Shown: positions 29,306 to 38,783, numbered from the stretch's first letter. The stretch is DNA of 64,000 bases from an uncultured Thermoleophilia bacterium (GCA_963702475.1 CAVPCT010000005.1:608001-672000); one strand, 5' to 3'. Notes: generated by a model not told the origin, from the sequence alone. Made by a program: numbers and translations.

Positions 29306-29794
29306 TCACTCCCCCTCCCGGTAGGAGCCGGCCAGCTGCGCCGCGAGCCTGTCGCGCTTCTCGATCTCCGGCTGCTCCACCTCGGCGAAGCGTAGCGCCC
29401 CGCGCGGGCAGAACTGCGCGCACAGGGGGTCGCCGCCGCACAGGTCGCACTTCTCGGCACGGCCCCGCGGCCCGATGTGCATGGCCCCGAACGGGCACGC
29501 CATCACGCACATCCTGCACCCGACGCACTTCTGCTCGTCCACGAGCACCACACGGGCGCCGGTGTCCGCGAGCGTGGTCTTGCTGATGGCGCCGGACGGG
29601 CAGATGCGCTGGCACCAGGCGTCCTCGCACTGCGAGCACACCACCGGCACCGCCAGCTCCTCGTGCAGGAACACCGTGGTGTGGATGCGCGCCTTGCGCG
29701 GGTTGAACTCGTCGTGATGCTGGAAGGAACACATGAACTCGCAGGTGTGACACCCCGTACACCTGCCGATGTCGATGGTGAGGGCCTTGTTCAC
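29306..29794 (-). CDS. 4x4Fe-4S ferredoxin-like small subunit
   Basis: CTGCHTCEFMC, CSQCEDAWCQRICP, CVGCRMCVMACP, KCDLC...C..FCP. Confidence 0.92.
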   Translation of the reverse strand: MNKALTIDIGRCTGCHTCEFMCSFQHHDEFNPRKARIHTTVFLHEELAVPVVCSQCEDAWCQRICPSGAISKTTLADTGARVVLVDEQKCVGCRMCVMACPFGAMHIGPRGRAEKCDLCGGDPLCAQFCPRGALRFAEVEQPEIEKRDRLAAQLAGSYREGE

Positions 29795-29859
29795 CGGCGG
29801 GGCCTCCTCTCTCGTTTCGCGATCACCGTTGACTCCTCTCACTCACTCTACGTCCCGCG

Positions 29860-30156
29860 CTACCCGCCGTACACGGGCGGGAACACGGAGACCACGTCGC
29901 CGTCCCGAAGAGCCGTGGAGAGCCCGTCCAGGAACAGGATGTTGCGGCCGTTGACCAGCACGGTGAGCCGCTCGCGCAGCTCGCCGGGTCCGGCGAACAA
30001 GGCGCGGCGGCGGCCCTCCGTGTCGCAGAGGCCGCCGAGCAGGCCGGCCACGTCAGTGGCCGGCCTGCTCGGCGGCCTGACCTCCTTGCCGAACACCTGC
30101 GCCAGGTCGGCGAAGAACTTCACCGTCACCGCGGCGGAGGTAGTGTCGTCGGTCAC
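29860..30156 (-). CDS. MoaD/ThiS/SAMP ubiquitin-like sulfur carrier
   Basis: VKFFADL...VLVNGRNI...LRDGDVVSVFPPVYGG, C-terminal GG. Confidence 0.88.
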   Translation of the reverse strand: MTDDTTSAAVTVKFFADLAQVFGKEVRPPSRPATDVAGLLGGLCDTEGRRRALFAGPGELRERLTVLVNGRNILFLDGLSTALRDGDVVSVFPPVYGG

Positions 30157-30192
30157 CGCTGCCCTCCCGTCACCGCCGCCCGCCTTTCACGC

Positions 30193-30492
30193 TCAGCCGC
30201 CGTACAGTTGCGGGAAGACCGAGATCACGTCGCCGCCCGCGAGGGAGGCGTCCAGGCCTCCGAGCGCGTCGACGTGGTGACCGTTCACCAGCAGCGTGAG
30301 GTCGCCGCGCAGCGCACCGCGCTCGTCGTGCACGGCGCGCTCGCGCCCGGGCGACGTGCACAGCCCGTCGAGCAGCGCGCGCACGCTGTGCGCGCGCTCC
30401 AGCGGCACCGCCAGCTCGTCGCCGCCGAACGCGTCGCGCATGGTGGCGAAGAAGCTGACGGTGACTTGGTCGCGGCTCGCGCAGCCGCTCAT
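30193..30492 (-). CDS. MoaD/ThiS/SAMP ubiquitin-like sulfur carrier (second copy)
   Basis: VSFFATMR...LLVNGHHV...GDVISVFPQLYGG; ATG overlaps the AOR2 stop. Confidence 0.88.
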   Translation of the reverse strand: MSGCASRDQVTVSFFATMRDAFGGDELAVPLERAHSVRALLDGLCTSPGRERAVHDERGALRGDLTLLVNGHHVDALGGLDASLAGGDVISVFPQLYGG

Positions 30493-32654
30493 CGCTCCAC
30501 CTGCTCCCCCGGCGCTCCCGGCGCCACGGCGACCGCCGCCTCCGCCTCGTCCGCCGCCCACGGCGCCTTGTTGCCGCCGGGGTTGTCCCTGCCGACCAGC
30601 TTGGGCCACACGTAGCCCAGCGTGGAGGCCTTGGCGATCCCCGCCCGGCGTGCCTGTTCGTCGGCGCACGCCGGCAGGATCCCGAGGACGGCGAGGTCGT
30701 CTGCCACGTCGTCCAGGCCGAAGTCGCGCAGCGTCTCGCCGTACGGGATGCCCGTCGCCCTGTCCCAGCCGCGCAGCCAGTAGTACTCGTCCTTCATGGC
30801 CTCGAGATCCTCGCGGCTCGTGAACGACCTGCCCTTGAACGTGCCCTGGGAGACGAGCTTGTCGAACTCCTTCTCGGGGATGGTGTCGTGCTCGCGGCGC
30901 CGGCCCCACTTGCACTCCAGGGCGCGCTCCAGGGTCCTCAGCTGCAGCGAGGCCCACAGGAGGTCGTCGGCGGTCACCGGCTTGCCGAGCCCGGCCGAGA
31001 TGGCCGCCGACATGTGTCCGGGGGTCGCATCCAGGTACAGCCACTTGAGGTGCTGCTTGCAGGTGCCCGCCATGTCGGCCATGCCGACGGTGCGGCCCAT
31101 GTCGTGCACGATCATGGCCTTGCCGTCGATCGCGTCGAAGTCGGCCGCCCGGGGCTCGCCCGACACGTACCTGGCGGTCTCCGCGTCGAACTCGGCGGCC
31201 TCGTGCCGCTGCTCGTCGGTCCAGCCCGGGTACTCCGCCGACACGCTCATGATGTCGAAGTCCTGCATGTTCAGGTCGGAGATGCAGTCGGACCGCCGAC
31301 CGACTGCGTAGGCCAGCGCCATCGACTTGACGCGCGGATTGATGCCGTACATCGGGTTGTTGTTGACCTGCATGGCGTACTCGTAGGTGCTCACGCCCCC
31401 GCGCGGTCCCGGCGCCGTGTGCGCGTCCAGGTGCTTCGCCGCAGCCAGCAGCCCGTTCGCGAAGACGTCACCAACGCCCTCGCGGTGAATGATCCTCTTC
31501 GTCAGCTCGACCTGCGAGTCCACGTCGCCCCAGGCCAGGGGCACGCCGTCCAGGTTGCCGTCGTCGATGATCCCCATGTCCTTCAGCACCAGGAGCCACT
31601 GCAACGCGTTCGACACCGACGTCTCGTCGATGCCCATCTCCTGGCACAGCTTGACCAGCTTGATGCCGCGCAGCAGGTCCTGACGCAGCTCGCCCGACGA
31701 CTGCGTGTACAGCTCGCACGACATCGAGGCGCTGCCCACGCCCGGCACGAAGTACGTCTCCATGCAGTGCACCGGACAGCCCATGCAGCCGGTGCGCTTG
31801 ATGCCGTACTCCGTCCAGAACTCGTCGAACGCCTGGTCCCGGTGCGGGTCCCAGTCGGCGATCGGGCCCTCGTGGCCGTCGCCGCCGCACTCGATGCCGG
31901 AGCGGCCGTACGACGCCTCGCACCAGCTGGTGCCGACCGTCGAGTACTCGCCGTACATCTCGGAGCCGCGGATGGCTGTATGCGCCTCCAGACAGGCGGT
32001 CATGAGGGCATCTGGATCCGCCACCTGGACCGCCTGCGTGCCGCGCACGGCGATCGCCTTCACGTTCTTCGAGCCCATCACCGCGCCCATGCCGGTGCGC
32101 GCCGCGGCGTGGCAGGTGCCCTGGTGCAGGTCGGCCCAGGTGACCAGGTTCTCGCCGGCCGGCCCGATGCTGATGACCTTGACGTTCGGATTGTCGAGCT
32201 CATCGAGGACGGCCTGCTGTGTGTCGTAGGTGGCCTTGCCCAACAGCGCCGTGGCGTCGCGCAGCTCCACGTGCTCGTTGTGGACGTACACGTATACGGG
32301 CCTCTCGGAGCGGCCGTGCAGCACCAGGTGGTCGTAGCCCGCGTACTTGAGCTCCGCCGCCCAGTAGCCGCCCATGTTCGAGTCGCCGAGCAGGTTCGTC
32401 ACCGGCGACTTGGCCATGACGTCCAGACGGCTGCAGCCTGGGTACGAGGTGGCGCCCAGCGGCCCGACGCCCATGCAGAGCACGTTCTCGGGGCCGAGAG
32501 CTTCCGCTCCCGAGGGTACGAGCTCGTACATCAGGGCGGCGTTGATGGCGCGGCCGCCGAGAAAGCGGTCGGAGTACGCCCTCGTCGGCTGCGTGCGGGT
32601 CTCCCCCGTCGTGAGGTCGACGTGGAGGATCTTGCCTGCGTTCAGGAACGGCAT
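30489..32654 (-). CDS. AOR-family W/Mo oxidoreductase (AOR2, divergent subfamily)
   Basis: KSPVT, AAARTGMGAVMGSKNVKAI, GCMGCPVHC, no EYE motif (MSCELY instead), DMAGTCK; 721 aa. Confidence 0.9.
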   Translation of the reverse strand: MPFLNAGKILHVDLTTGETRTQPTRAYSDRFLGGRAINAALMYELVPSGAEALGPENVLCMGVGPLGATSYPGCSRLDVMAKSPVTNLLGDSNMGGYWAAELKYAGYDHLVLHGRSERPVYVYVHNEHVELRDATALLGKATYDTQQAVLDELDNPNVKVISIGPAGENLVTWADLHQGTCHAAARTGMGAVMGSKNVKAIAVRGTQAVQVADPDALMTACLEAHTAIRGSEMYGEYSTVGTSWCEASYGRSGIECGGDGHEGPIADWDPHRDQAFDEFWTEYGIKRTGCMGCPVHCMETYFVPGVGSASMSCELYTQSSGELRQDLLRGIKLVKLCQEMGIDETSVSNALQWLLVLKDMGIIDDGNLDGVPLAWGDVDSQVELTKRIIHREGVGDVFANGLLAAAKHLDAHTAPGPRGGVSTYEYAMQVNNNPMYGINPRVKSMALAYAVGRRSDCISDLNMQDFDIMSVSAEYPGWTDEQRHEAAEFDAETARYVSGEPRAADFDAIDGKAMIVHDMGRTVGMADMAGTCKQHLKWLYLDATPGHMSAAISAGLGKPVTADDLLWASLQLRTLERALECKWGRRREHDTIPEKEFDKLVSQGTFKGRSFTSREDLEAMKDEYYWLRGWDRATGIPYGETLRDFGLDDVADDLAVLGILPACADEQARRAGIAKASTLGYVWPKLVGRDNPGGNKAPWAADEAEAAVAVAPGAPGEQVER

Positions 32655-32680
32655 GCTCGCTCCCTCCTCTCGGTCGGGGC

Positions 32681-33172
32681 TCAGGCCTCGGTCACGTTCT
32701 GGAGATGCTCGAGGTACTTCTCGAGCCCGGTCCGCTTGCGGTGCATGCCCTCCTCGACCACGTCACCGAAGGTCAGGGCCTCCTTGGCGCAGACCTTGAC
32801 GCAGTACGGATCGCCGTCGCAGAGGGTGCACTTCTCGCACACGCCGGTGACCGGGTCAACGGCGGGCGCCCCGAACGGGCAGACGTACACGCACGTGTGA
32901 CAGCCCAGGCACCGCTCCTTGGCGACGACGATGGCGCCGGTCTCCTCGTTGCGCGAAAGCGCCTCGGCCGGGCACATCTTCACGCACAGGGGATCGGCGC
33001 ACTGCCGGCAGAGGACGGGGATGGTGGTGGTGACCCCTTCCTTCTGTGTCTTGACCACGTGGATCCGGGCGCGCGCCGGATTGCACTCACCGAAGTTGTG
33101 CAGGGAGCAGGCGATCTCGCACGACCTGCAGCCGGTGCACTTCTCTATATCGACCGTCACGACTCCGTACAT
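32681..33172 (-). CDS. 4x4Fe-4S ferredoxin-like small subunit
   Basis: CTGCRSCEIAC, CRQCADPLCVKMCP, CLGCHTCVYVCP, KCTLCDGDPYCVKVC. Confidence 0.92.
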   Translation of the reverse strand: MYGVVTVDIEKCTGCRSCEIACSLHNFGECNPARARIHVVKTQKEGVTTTIPVLCRQCADPLCVKMCPAEALSRNEETGAIVVAKERCLGCHTCVYVCPFGAPAVDPVTGVCEKCTLCDGDPYCVKVCAKEALTFGDVVEEGMHRKRTGLEKYLEHLQNVTEA

Positions 33173-33266
33173 GTGGAGGACTCTCCTTCCCTCGGCTCAC
33201 ACTGACCTGGCGCGGGCGGCCCCAGCCTGAGGGCCGGCCGCGCGGTGCGTCACGGGCGGCCCCGTC

Positions 33267-35072
33267 TCAAGGGCGGCCACCTCCTCCCGACGGCGGGCCG
33301 TCCCACGACAGCGAGAGCTCCGCCAGCTTGCCGGCGGTGGGCACGCCGCGTTCGTCCCAGCCCCTGCAGCGGTAGTACTCCTCGAGCATCGGCTCGAGGT
33401 CGACGACGTGGCCGGCGCAGGGACCCGCGGCGACCGGCTCGTGCAGCAGGCGCGCCGGCAACGTGTCGTCGGCGCGCGTGAACCCGGCGCTCAGGTTGAA
33501 GAGCCGCTCCGCGTTCCAGATGCGCTCCCCGGCGAGCAGGAGCTCGTCGGTCTCGACGGGCTCGCCGCGCATGGCGCCGAGCAGGCGCGCGAACGACGCC
33601 GGCGCCACGGCGAACGCCGCGAACTTGCAGCCCACGAGCGAGTCGAGCGCGGCGTTGAGGTCCTGCAAGGCGATCACCGGCGGCGCCTTGCCGCCCGTGG
33701 CGAACCGGTCCAGCCGCTCCGGCACGCCGACGATCTCGTACCCGAGCGTGTTGGCGCGCGTGTGGCAGCCACCGCGGTTGGAGGTGGCGAAGGCGAGGCC
33801 CTGGCCGGTCATGCCGCGCGGGTCGAAGGCCGGCAGCTCGAGACCCTTGACGCTCATGGACAGCTCGGGCATGCCGCGGCCGGCGGCGAGGCTGCGCGAG
33901 CCGCCGGCGAGCTCCTCGCCGAGCCCGCGGCCCTCCACGGTGTCGGCGATGAGCGGCAGCAGACACCCGGCGTCGCCGAACCGCGGCCCGCCGGGCAGAA
34001 GACCGAGGTCGGTGAGCTCCATGGCACAGGCGATCGTGGAGCCCATGGTGATGGCGTCCAGGCCGGCGTCGTTGCAGGCGTGATTGGCGGCGACGATCGC
34101 CTCCAGGTCGCCGATCCCACAGGCCGCCCCCAGCGCCCAGATGTTCTCGTACTCGGGGCCGCGGCCGCGACCCGACGCGCTCTCGAGGTCTCGCGCGCAG
34201 CCCACGGGGCAGCCGGCGCACGCGGTGCTCCTGCCCCCCGACGACGAGTGCAGGGACTCGCCGCTGATGGCCGCCGCCAGCTCGAAGCGGCTGTCGCGGA
34301 AGTTGCGCGTCGGCAGCACACCGGACCGGTCGAGAAGATGCACCAGGACGCTGGTGCCGAACCGCGGAAGCTGCTGTCCCGTGGCGGGGTTGGCGCGCAC
34401 GAGGTCCGCGACCTCACGGACGGCGGCCGCGAACCCCTCGGGGTCGGCGGGCGGCAGGAGGCTCGCCGGCGACGGCGCCACGACGATGCCCTTGAGTCGC
34501 TTGGCGCCCATCACGGCCCCCAGGCCGCCACGGCCCACCTGGCGGCCGCGGTCGTTGACGATGCTGGCGAACAGCACGCCGCGCTCGCCGGCACGGCCGA
34601 TCACGGCGGCCTCGCAGCGGCCGTGGAGCGACCGGAGACGCGCCAGCGCAGCCGGCGCATCCAGGCCCCACAGCTCGCCCGCGGGCCGCAGCCTCGCGCC
34701 GGCGTCGTCCACCAGCACGTACGACGGCTCGTCGCAGGCGCCGTCCACGACCAGGTAGTCGAGCCCGCAGCGGCGCAGGGCGATGCCCAGCCCGCCGCCC
34801 GAGTTGCCGTCGAACGCGGTCCCGGTCAGCGGCGACCGCGCGCTGATGCTGTAGCGCCCGGTCGCCGGCGCGGCGCTCCCTGTCAAGGGGCCCGGCGCCA
34901 CGATCAGCGGACTCCGCGGCGACAGCGGATCGACCTCGAACACGCGCCGCTGCAGCAGCAGGTGCACGCCGAGCCCGCGCCCGCCCACGTAGGCGCGGGC
35001 AGTCTCGGGCGGCTGCTCTTCGTGCTCCGCCCGGCCGGTCAGAAGGTCGACGTGCAGCCCGGTCAGCGGCAC
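33267..35072 (-). CDS. AOR-family W/Mo oxidoreductase (AOR3)
   Basis: RSPLTG, GRGGLGAVMGAKRLK, CAGCPVGC, GPEYEN, TSNRGGCH, DSLVGCKF; start approximate. Confidence 0.9.
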   Translation of the reverse strand: MPLTGLHVDLLTGRAEHEEQPPETARAYVGGRGLGVHLLLQRRVFEVDPLSPRSPLIVAPGPLTGSAAPATGRYSISARSPLTGTAFDGNSGGGLGIALRRCGLDYLVVDGACDEPSYVLVDDAGARLRPAGELWGLDAPAALARLRSLHGRCEAAVIGRAGERGVLFASIVNDRGRQVGRGGLGAVMGAKRLKGIVVAPSPASLLPPADPEGFAAAVREVADLVRANPATGQQLPRFGTSVLVHLLDRSGVLPTRNFRDSRFELAAAISGESLHSSSGGRSTACAGCPVGCARDLESASGRGRGPEYENIWALGAACGIGDLEAIVAANHACNDAGLDAITMGSTIACAMELTDLGLLPGGPRFGDAGCLLPLIADTVEGRGLGEELAGGSRSLAAGRGMPELSMSVKGLELPAFDPRGMTGQGLAFATSNRGGCHTRANTLGYEIVGVPERLDRFATGGKAPPVIALQDLNAALDSLVGCKFAAFAVAPASFARLLGAMRGEPVETDELLLAGERIWNAERLFNLSAGFTRADDTLPARLLHEPVAAGPCAGHVVDLEPMLEEYYRCRGWDERGVPTAGKLAELSLSWDGPPSGGGGRP

Positions 35073-35100
35073 GCCGGAGTGGCGCCGGCGCGACCCCGGT

Positions 35101-35619
35101 CTACTCGCCGGCGCCTGCACGCTCCACCTCCTGTGCCACGCGAGCCGCGGGACGATGTGAGGACTCCTCGATCGCGGCGTCGCGACGCCTGCGCCGGGAG
35201 CCCTCGTCCGCGTACACGTAGCGGAGTGCGCCCTGTTCGCAGACCCCGACGCACTCGGGCGCGCCCCCACAGTAGTCGCACTTCGTGCTCACACGCGCAA
35301 CGTCGTCGTAGTGCGCGTGCCCGAACGGGCACGCGACGTTGCAGGCGCGGCACCCGATGCACAGCCGCTCGTCGATGACCACTCTGGCGCCCTGCACGTC
35401 CTGGCGACAGGCCTTCGTCGGGCAGGCGCGCGCGCACGACGGCGTCTCGCAGTGGTGGCAGGTGAGGGGCGCGCAGAAGCCGTCGTCCGCGCGCCACACC
35501 TTGATGTGCGCCCGCTCCGCTGCGACGACGACCCCTGTGTGGGCCAGCGAGCAGGCCACGACGCAGAGCCCGCAGCCGTCGCACAGACGCTGGTCGACGA
35601 GGATGACCTTGCCGTTCAC
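35101..35619 (-). CDS. 4x4Fe-4S ferredoxin-like subunit
   Basis: CDGCGLCVVAC, CHHCETPSCARACP, CIGCRACNVACP, KCDYC; GTG overlaps the NrfD stop. Confidence 0.9.
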   Translation of the reverse strand: MNGKVILVDQRLCDGCGLCVVACSLAHTGVVVAAERAHIKVWRADDGFCAPLTCHHCETPSCARACPTKACRQDVQGARVVIDERLCIGCRACNVACPFGHAHYDDVARVSTKCDYCGGAPECVGVCEQGALRYVYADEGSRRRRRDAAIEESSHRPAARVAQEVERAGAGE

Positions 35620-36662
35620 TCCGCTACCCCGGTGGGTATCCGCCCGCCCGCCGCGGAGACCGGGCGGTCGGCGCGCCAGCGCGCGAACCTGTACAGCGGC
35701 GGCGCCTCGGTGATGCCGACTGCCAGGACGCCGCAGCGCAGCACGAAGCCGCCGGCCAGTACGCTCAGCGCCGCGACCACAGCGACGGCCTCGGAGTCCA
35801 GGCCCAGGTTGACGAGCACGAGGACGAACGGCAAGCGAGAGAGCCAGGCCCACGATGCCGCCCCAGAACCCGGCACGCCAGCCGCCGGTGAGCCACAGCT
35901 TCACTGAGAGCAGGGCGGCCGGCCCACCGTGTCGCAGGCGCCACACGTAGACCGCGAGCAGCGCGGCCTCCGCGACGAGGACGAACGGCTCCGCCTGTCC
36001 AGGCCGCGCACGAGCTCGCGGGCGGATCCCGCATCGCCGGCCGCAGCGCCATACATCAGGGCGCCCAGCACGACCGCCATCGACCCCGTCGAGAGAGCGG
36101 AGGCCAGGAAGAGCCACGGCAGGACCGCCGACCTCCACGCCGGGACGTACTTCATCGACTGCAGCAGGATCCCGGTGTACACGGCGGTCCCCAGCGCGGT
36201 CACGACCGTGACCGCCTGGAGGGCGCGCCACAGCGACGGCGCGCGGCCCGGCCAGTCCGGAAGAAGGACGGACACGCCGGCCACCACGGCCCCGAGCACG
36301 ATGAAGGCAAGAAGGATGGAGAACCCCCGCGCCATCCACGACGTGCGCGGGTTGAAGCCCGCGCTCCAGCAGCGCCACCGGTTCCTGCCCAGGTGGAACA
36401 CGAGGAGCGCGGCACCCAGCGCAGTCGCGAACGGTCCCCACAGGATGAACAGCTGGGACCAGTCCCACGCCCACCCGTCGATGGGCGCGGCGTACGACGG
36501 GCCGAGCTCCAGTCCGAGCCAGCCGGCCCCCGTTGCCGCGACAAAGGCGCCGGCCCCGAGGCCGCCGAGGTACAGGTAGCCGGCGATGAGCAGCTCCCAG
36601 GCTCTCTGCGGCTCGCCTGCGCGGGGAGAAACGACGACGCGCGCCAGGAGCTCTGGGGACAT
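35616..36662 (-). CDS. NrfD/PsrC-type membrane anchor (frameshifts near 35850 and 36000)
   Basis: AWELLIAGYLYLGGLGAG, LLVFHLGR, FNPRTSWMARG, YTGILL, LPWLFLASALSTG, FWGGIV, GGFVLR. Confidence 0.85.
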
Positions 36663-36699
36663 GCGTGCACGCAGGTCGTGCAGGTCGAGCGTCGGGGCG

Positions 36700-38016
36700 T
36701 CAGCGGACAAGCGGGACCTCCCGGCCGGCGGCGGACGAACGGGCCCGCGGCAGCCGCGGAGCGGTCGCCGCAGCGGCCGCGCGGACGTTCCGCGCGAGCA
36801 CGCCCTCCAGACGCCGCGTGCGATCCGCCCCGCGGACGAGCTCGTCCGCGCCGACCGGCCGGCCCAGTGCCGCGGAGAGGGCCGCGGCGAAGCCGTCCGG
36901 GCCGAGCGGGTCGTCCTCGGCGCCGGCGAGACGGTAGCAGGCGCCGACCAGGGAGGCGACCGCCGCGGCGACGCCCCGCTCCGCGCCGGCCGCCGCGGCC
37001 GTCCACGCGCCCGTGCGGCGCGTCGTCGCGACCGCCTCGCGCGCGCCGACGTCTCCGCGCCCCGACTCCTCCGTCGTCGACCAGGCGTCCACGCCCGCCT
37101 GCTCACACCGCCGGGCGAGCTCGAACCACAGCCCGGCGTCGCGGCGTCGCAGCTCCGGCCACAGTGCGGTGCGCGCCTCGCGCGGCAGCACCGCGCCGCC
37201 GCGCCCGGGCACCTCGTACGAGTCCCGGCAGGACACCGGGCAGCCGGCGCAGCCGGCGCGCCGGCGCCGCCAGGCCCGCGGCAGGTCCGGCGCCTCAGGC
37301 GCGTGCACGCGCCTGCCGTACGCCGAGGTCCTCACCGCCTCGTGTGCGGCCAGGGCGACATCCAGAAAGGCCGCGGGGTCCGCGAGCCGGACCCCTCTCG
37401 TCCCGCGCACCACCACGGCCCGGCAATTCATCGCGCCGAACGCGGCGCCGGACCCGGGGTCGCCCTCCGCCAGGCCCACGTCGCCGTGCAGGGTCGCGCA
37501 GGCCTCCTGCTGCTCGCCGGCGGGGCCGGCAGAGATCACCTGCGCGTCCGGACTGTCCAACTGCGCGCGCATGAGGTCCTCGGCCTCGCCACATGAGGCG
37601 CCCCAGACCTCCCGGGCGGGGCGCAGCTCGACCGTCTCGTTGCGCACGCAGAGGTAGACGGGCCGGTCGGCACGGCCCTCAAGCACCACCGCGTCCCAGC
37701 CGGCCTGCCTGAGCTCGGCCGCCCAGCCTCCGGGCACGCGGGCGCTGCCGACGGCTGCGGACGCCGGCGACGTCCACAGCACGTGGGCGTCCCCGCACCC
37801 GGGGTAGAAGCTCCCGGCCAGAGCGCCGGCCGCGAGGCAACAGGCGACGCCGCCCGAGCGGGCCTTCCCGCGCGCGGCGTCTGACTCGAAGAGCAGGCCT
37901 ACGCAGAGGCCGTGGCCGCCCACGTACTCGCGCCCGTACCGCTCAGTGGGCACGGCGTGCCACCGGCCCGTCGTGAGATCCACACGCAGGACGCTGCCGC
38001 CGTACAGGTACGTCAC
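36700..38016 (-). CDS. Degenerate, shortened AOR-family protein (AOR4, about 438 aa)
   Basis: YGGSVLRVDLTTG, GGWAAELRQAGWDAVVLEGRADRPVYL, AGPAGE, CAGCPVSC; pterin-binding motifs eroded. Confidence 0.75.
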   Translation of the reverse strand: MTYLYGGSVLRVDLTTGRWHAVPTERYGREYVGGHGLCVGLLFESDAARGKARSGGVACCLAAGALAGSFYPGCGDAHVLWTSPASAAVGSARVPGGWAAELRQAGWDAVVLEGRADRPVYLCVRNETVELRPAREVWGASCGEAEDLMRAQLDSPDAQVISAGPAGEQQEACATLHGDVGLAEGDPGSGAAFGAMNCRAVVVRGTRGVRLADPAAFLDVALAAHEAVRTSAYGRRVHAPEAPDLPRAWRRRRAGCAGCPVSCRDSYEVPGRGGAVLPREARTALWPELRRRDAGLWFELARRCEQAGVDAWSTTEESGRGDVGAREAVATTRRTGAWTAAAAGAERGVAAAVASLVGACYRLAGAEDDPLGPDGFAAALSAALGRPVGADELVRGADRTRRLEGVLARNVRAAAAATAPRLPRARSSAAGREVPLVR

Positions 38017-38564
38017 GCCGGCCGGCCGTTGCCACGCGTCATCGCGCCGTTCCCGTGCGTCACACCGCCGGCGGCCACTGAGGGTGCGGTCACGAGCTCG
38101 AGGTACGCCTCGAGGGCGGCACGCTTGCGGCGCGGGCCCTCCTCGTCGTCGTCCGCGAACGTCAGGGCGCGCTCGGCACAGACCTTGACGCACAGGGGAT
38201 CGCCGTCGCAGAGCGTGCACTTCTGCGCTGTCCCGAGTCTCCGGTCGACGGCCGGCGCACCCACCGGGCAGACCTCGACGCACGTGCGGCAGCCGATGCA
38301 CGAACCCTCGTCAACGACCACCACGCCTCGCGCGCCGTCTCGCCGGAGAGCCTCCGCGGGACACAGGGTCACGCACAGCGCGTCCTCGCACTGCCGGCAG
38401 GTGACGGGGACCGCGCGCACCGCCCCGTCGTCGCGCAGGCGAGCGACGGAGATATGCGCGCGTGACGGGTCGCACTCCCGATGATGGCGCAGCGAACAGG
38501 CCATCTCGCAGCAGCCACACCCCGTGCAGCGCTCGGCATCGACGACCAGGCGTCCGCCAGGCAC
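38013..38564 (-). CDS. 4x4Fe-4S ferredoxin-like small subunit
   Basis: CTGCGCCEMAC, CRQCEDALCVTLCP, CIGCRTCVEVCP, KCTLCDGDPLCVKVC; start uncertain. Confidence 0.88.
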   Translation of the reverse strand: MPGGRLVVDAERCTGCGCCEMACSLRHHRECDPSRAHISVARLRDDGAVRAVPVTCRQCEDALCVTLCPAEALRRDGARGVVVVDEGSCIGCRTCVEVCPVGAPAVDRRLGTAQKCTLCDGDPLCVKVCAERALTFADDDEEGPRRKRAALEAYLELVTAPSVAAGGVTHGNGAMTRGNGRPA

Positions 38565-38714
38565 CCGCTCGAACAGACCGTCGGGGCCTGCGACCGTCTG
38601 CCGTCCCACGTTCGATGCTGTCCTGACGATCGGTCCACCTCTCGCCCAGGCGACACGCACCGCACATGCCGCGCCCGCCGTCGCAGGCGATCGAAGCGAC
38701 GTGGCGGGACTTAT

Positions 38715-38783
38715 CCAACCGGTTGGCACACAGCCTAGACTCTACGCGGCGGTGAGGCAACGTGGATTCATCCAACCGGTGGG
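38715..38783. promoter_or_regulatory. Two palindromic operator sites, probably for the adjacent TetR
   Basis: CCAACCGGTTGG (38715-38726) and CCAACCGGTGGG (38772-38783), both preceded by AT, between the divergent AOR operon and tetR. Confidence 0.7.
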
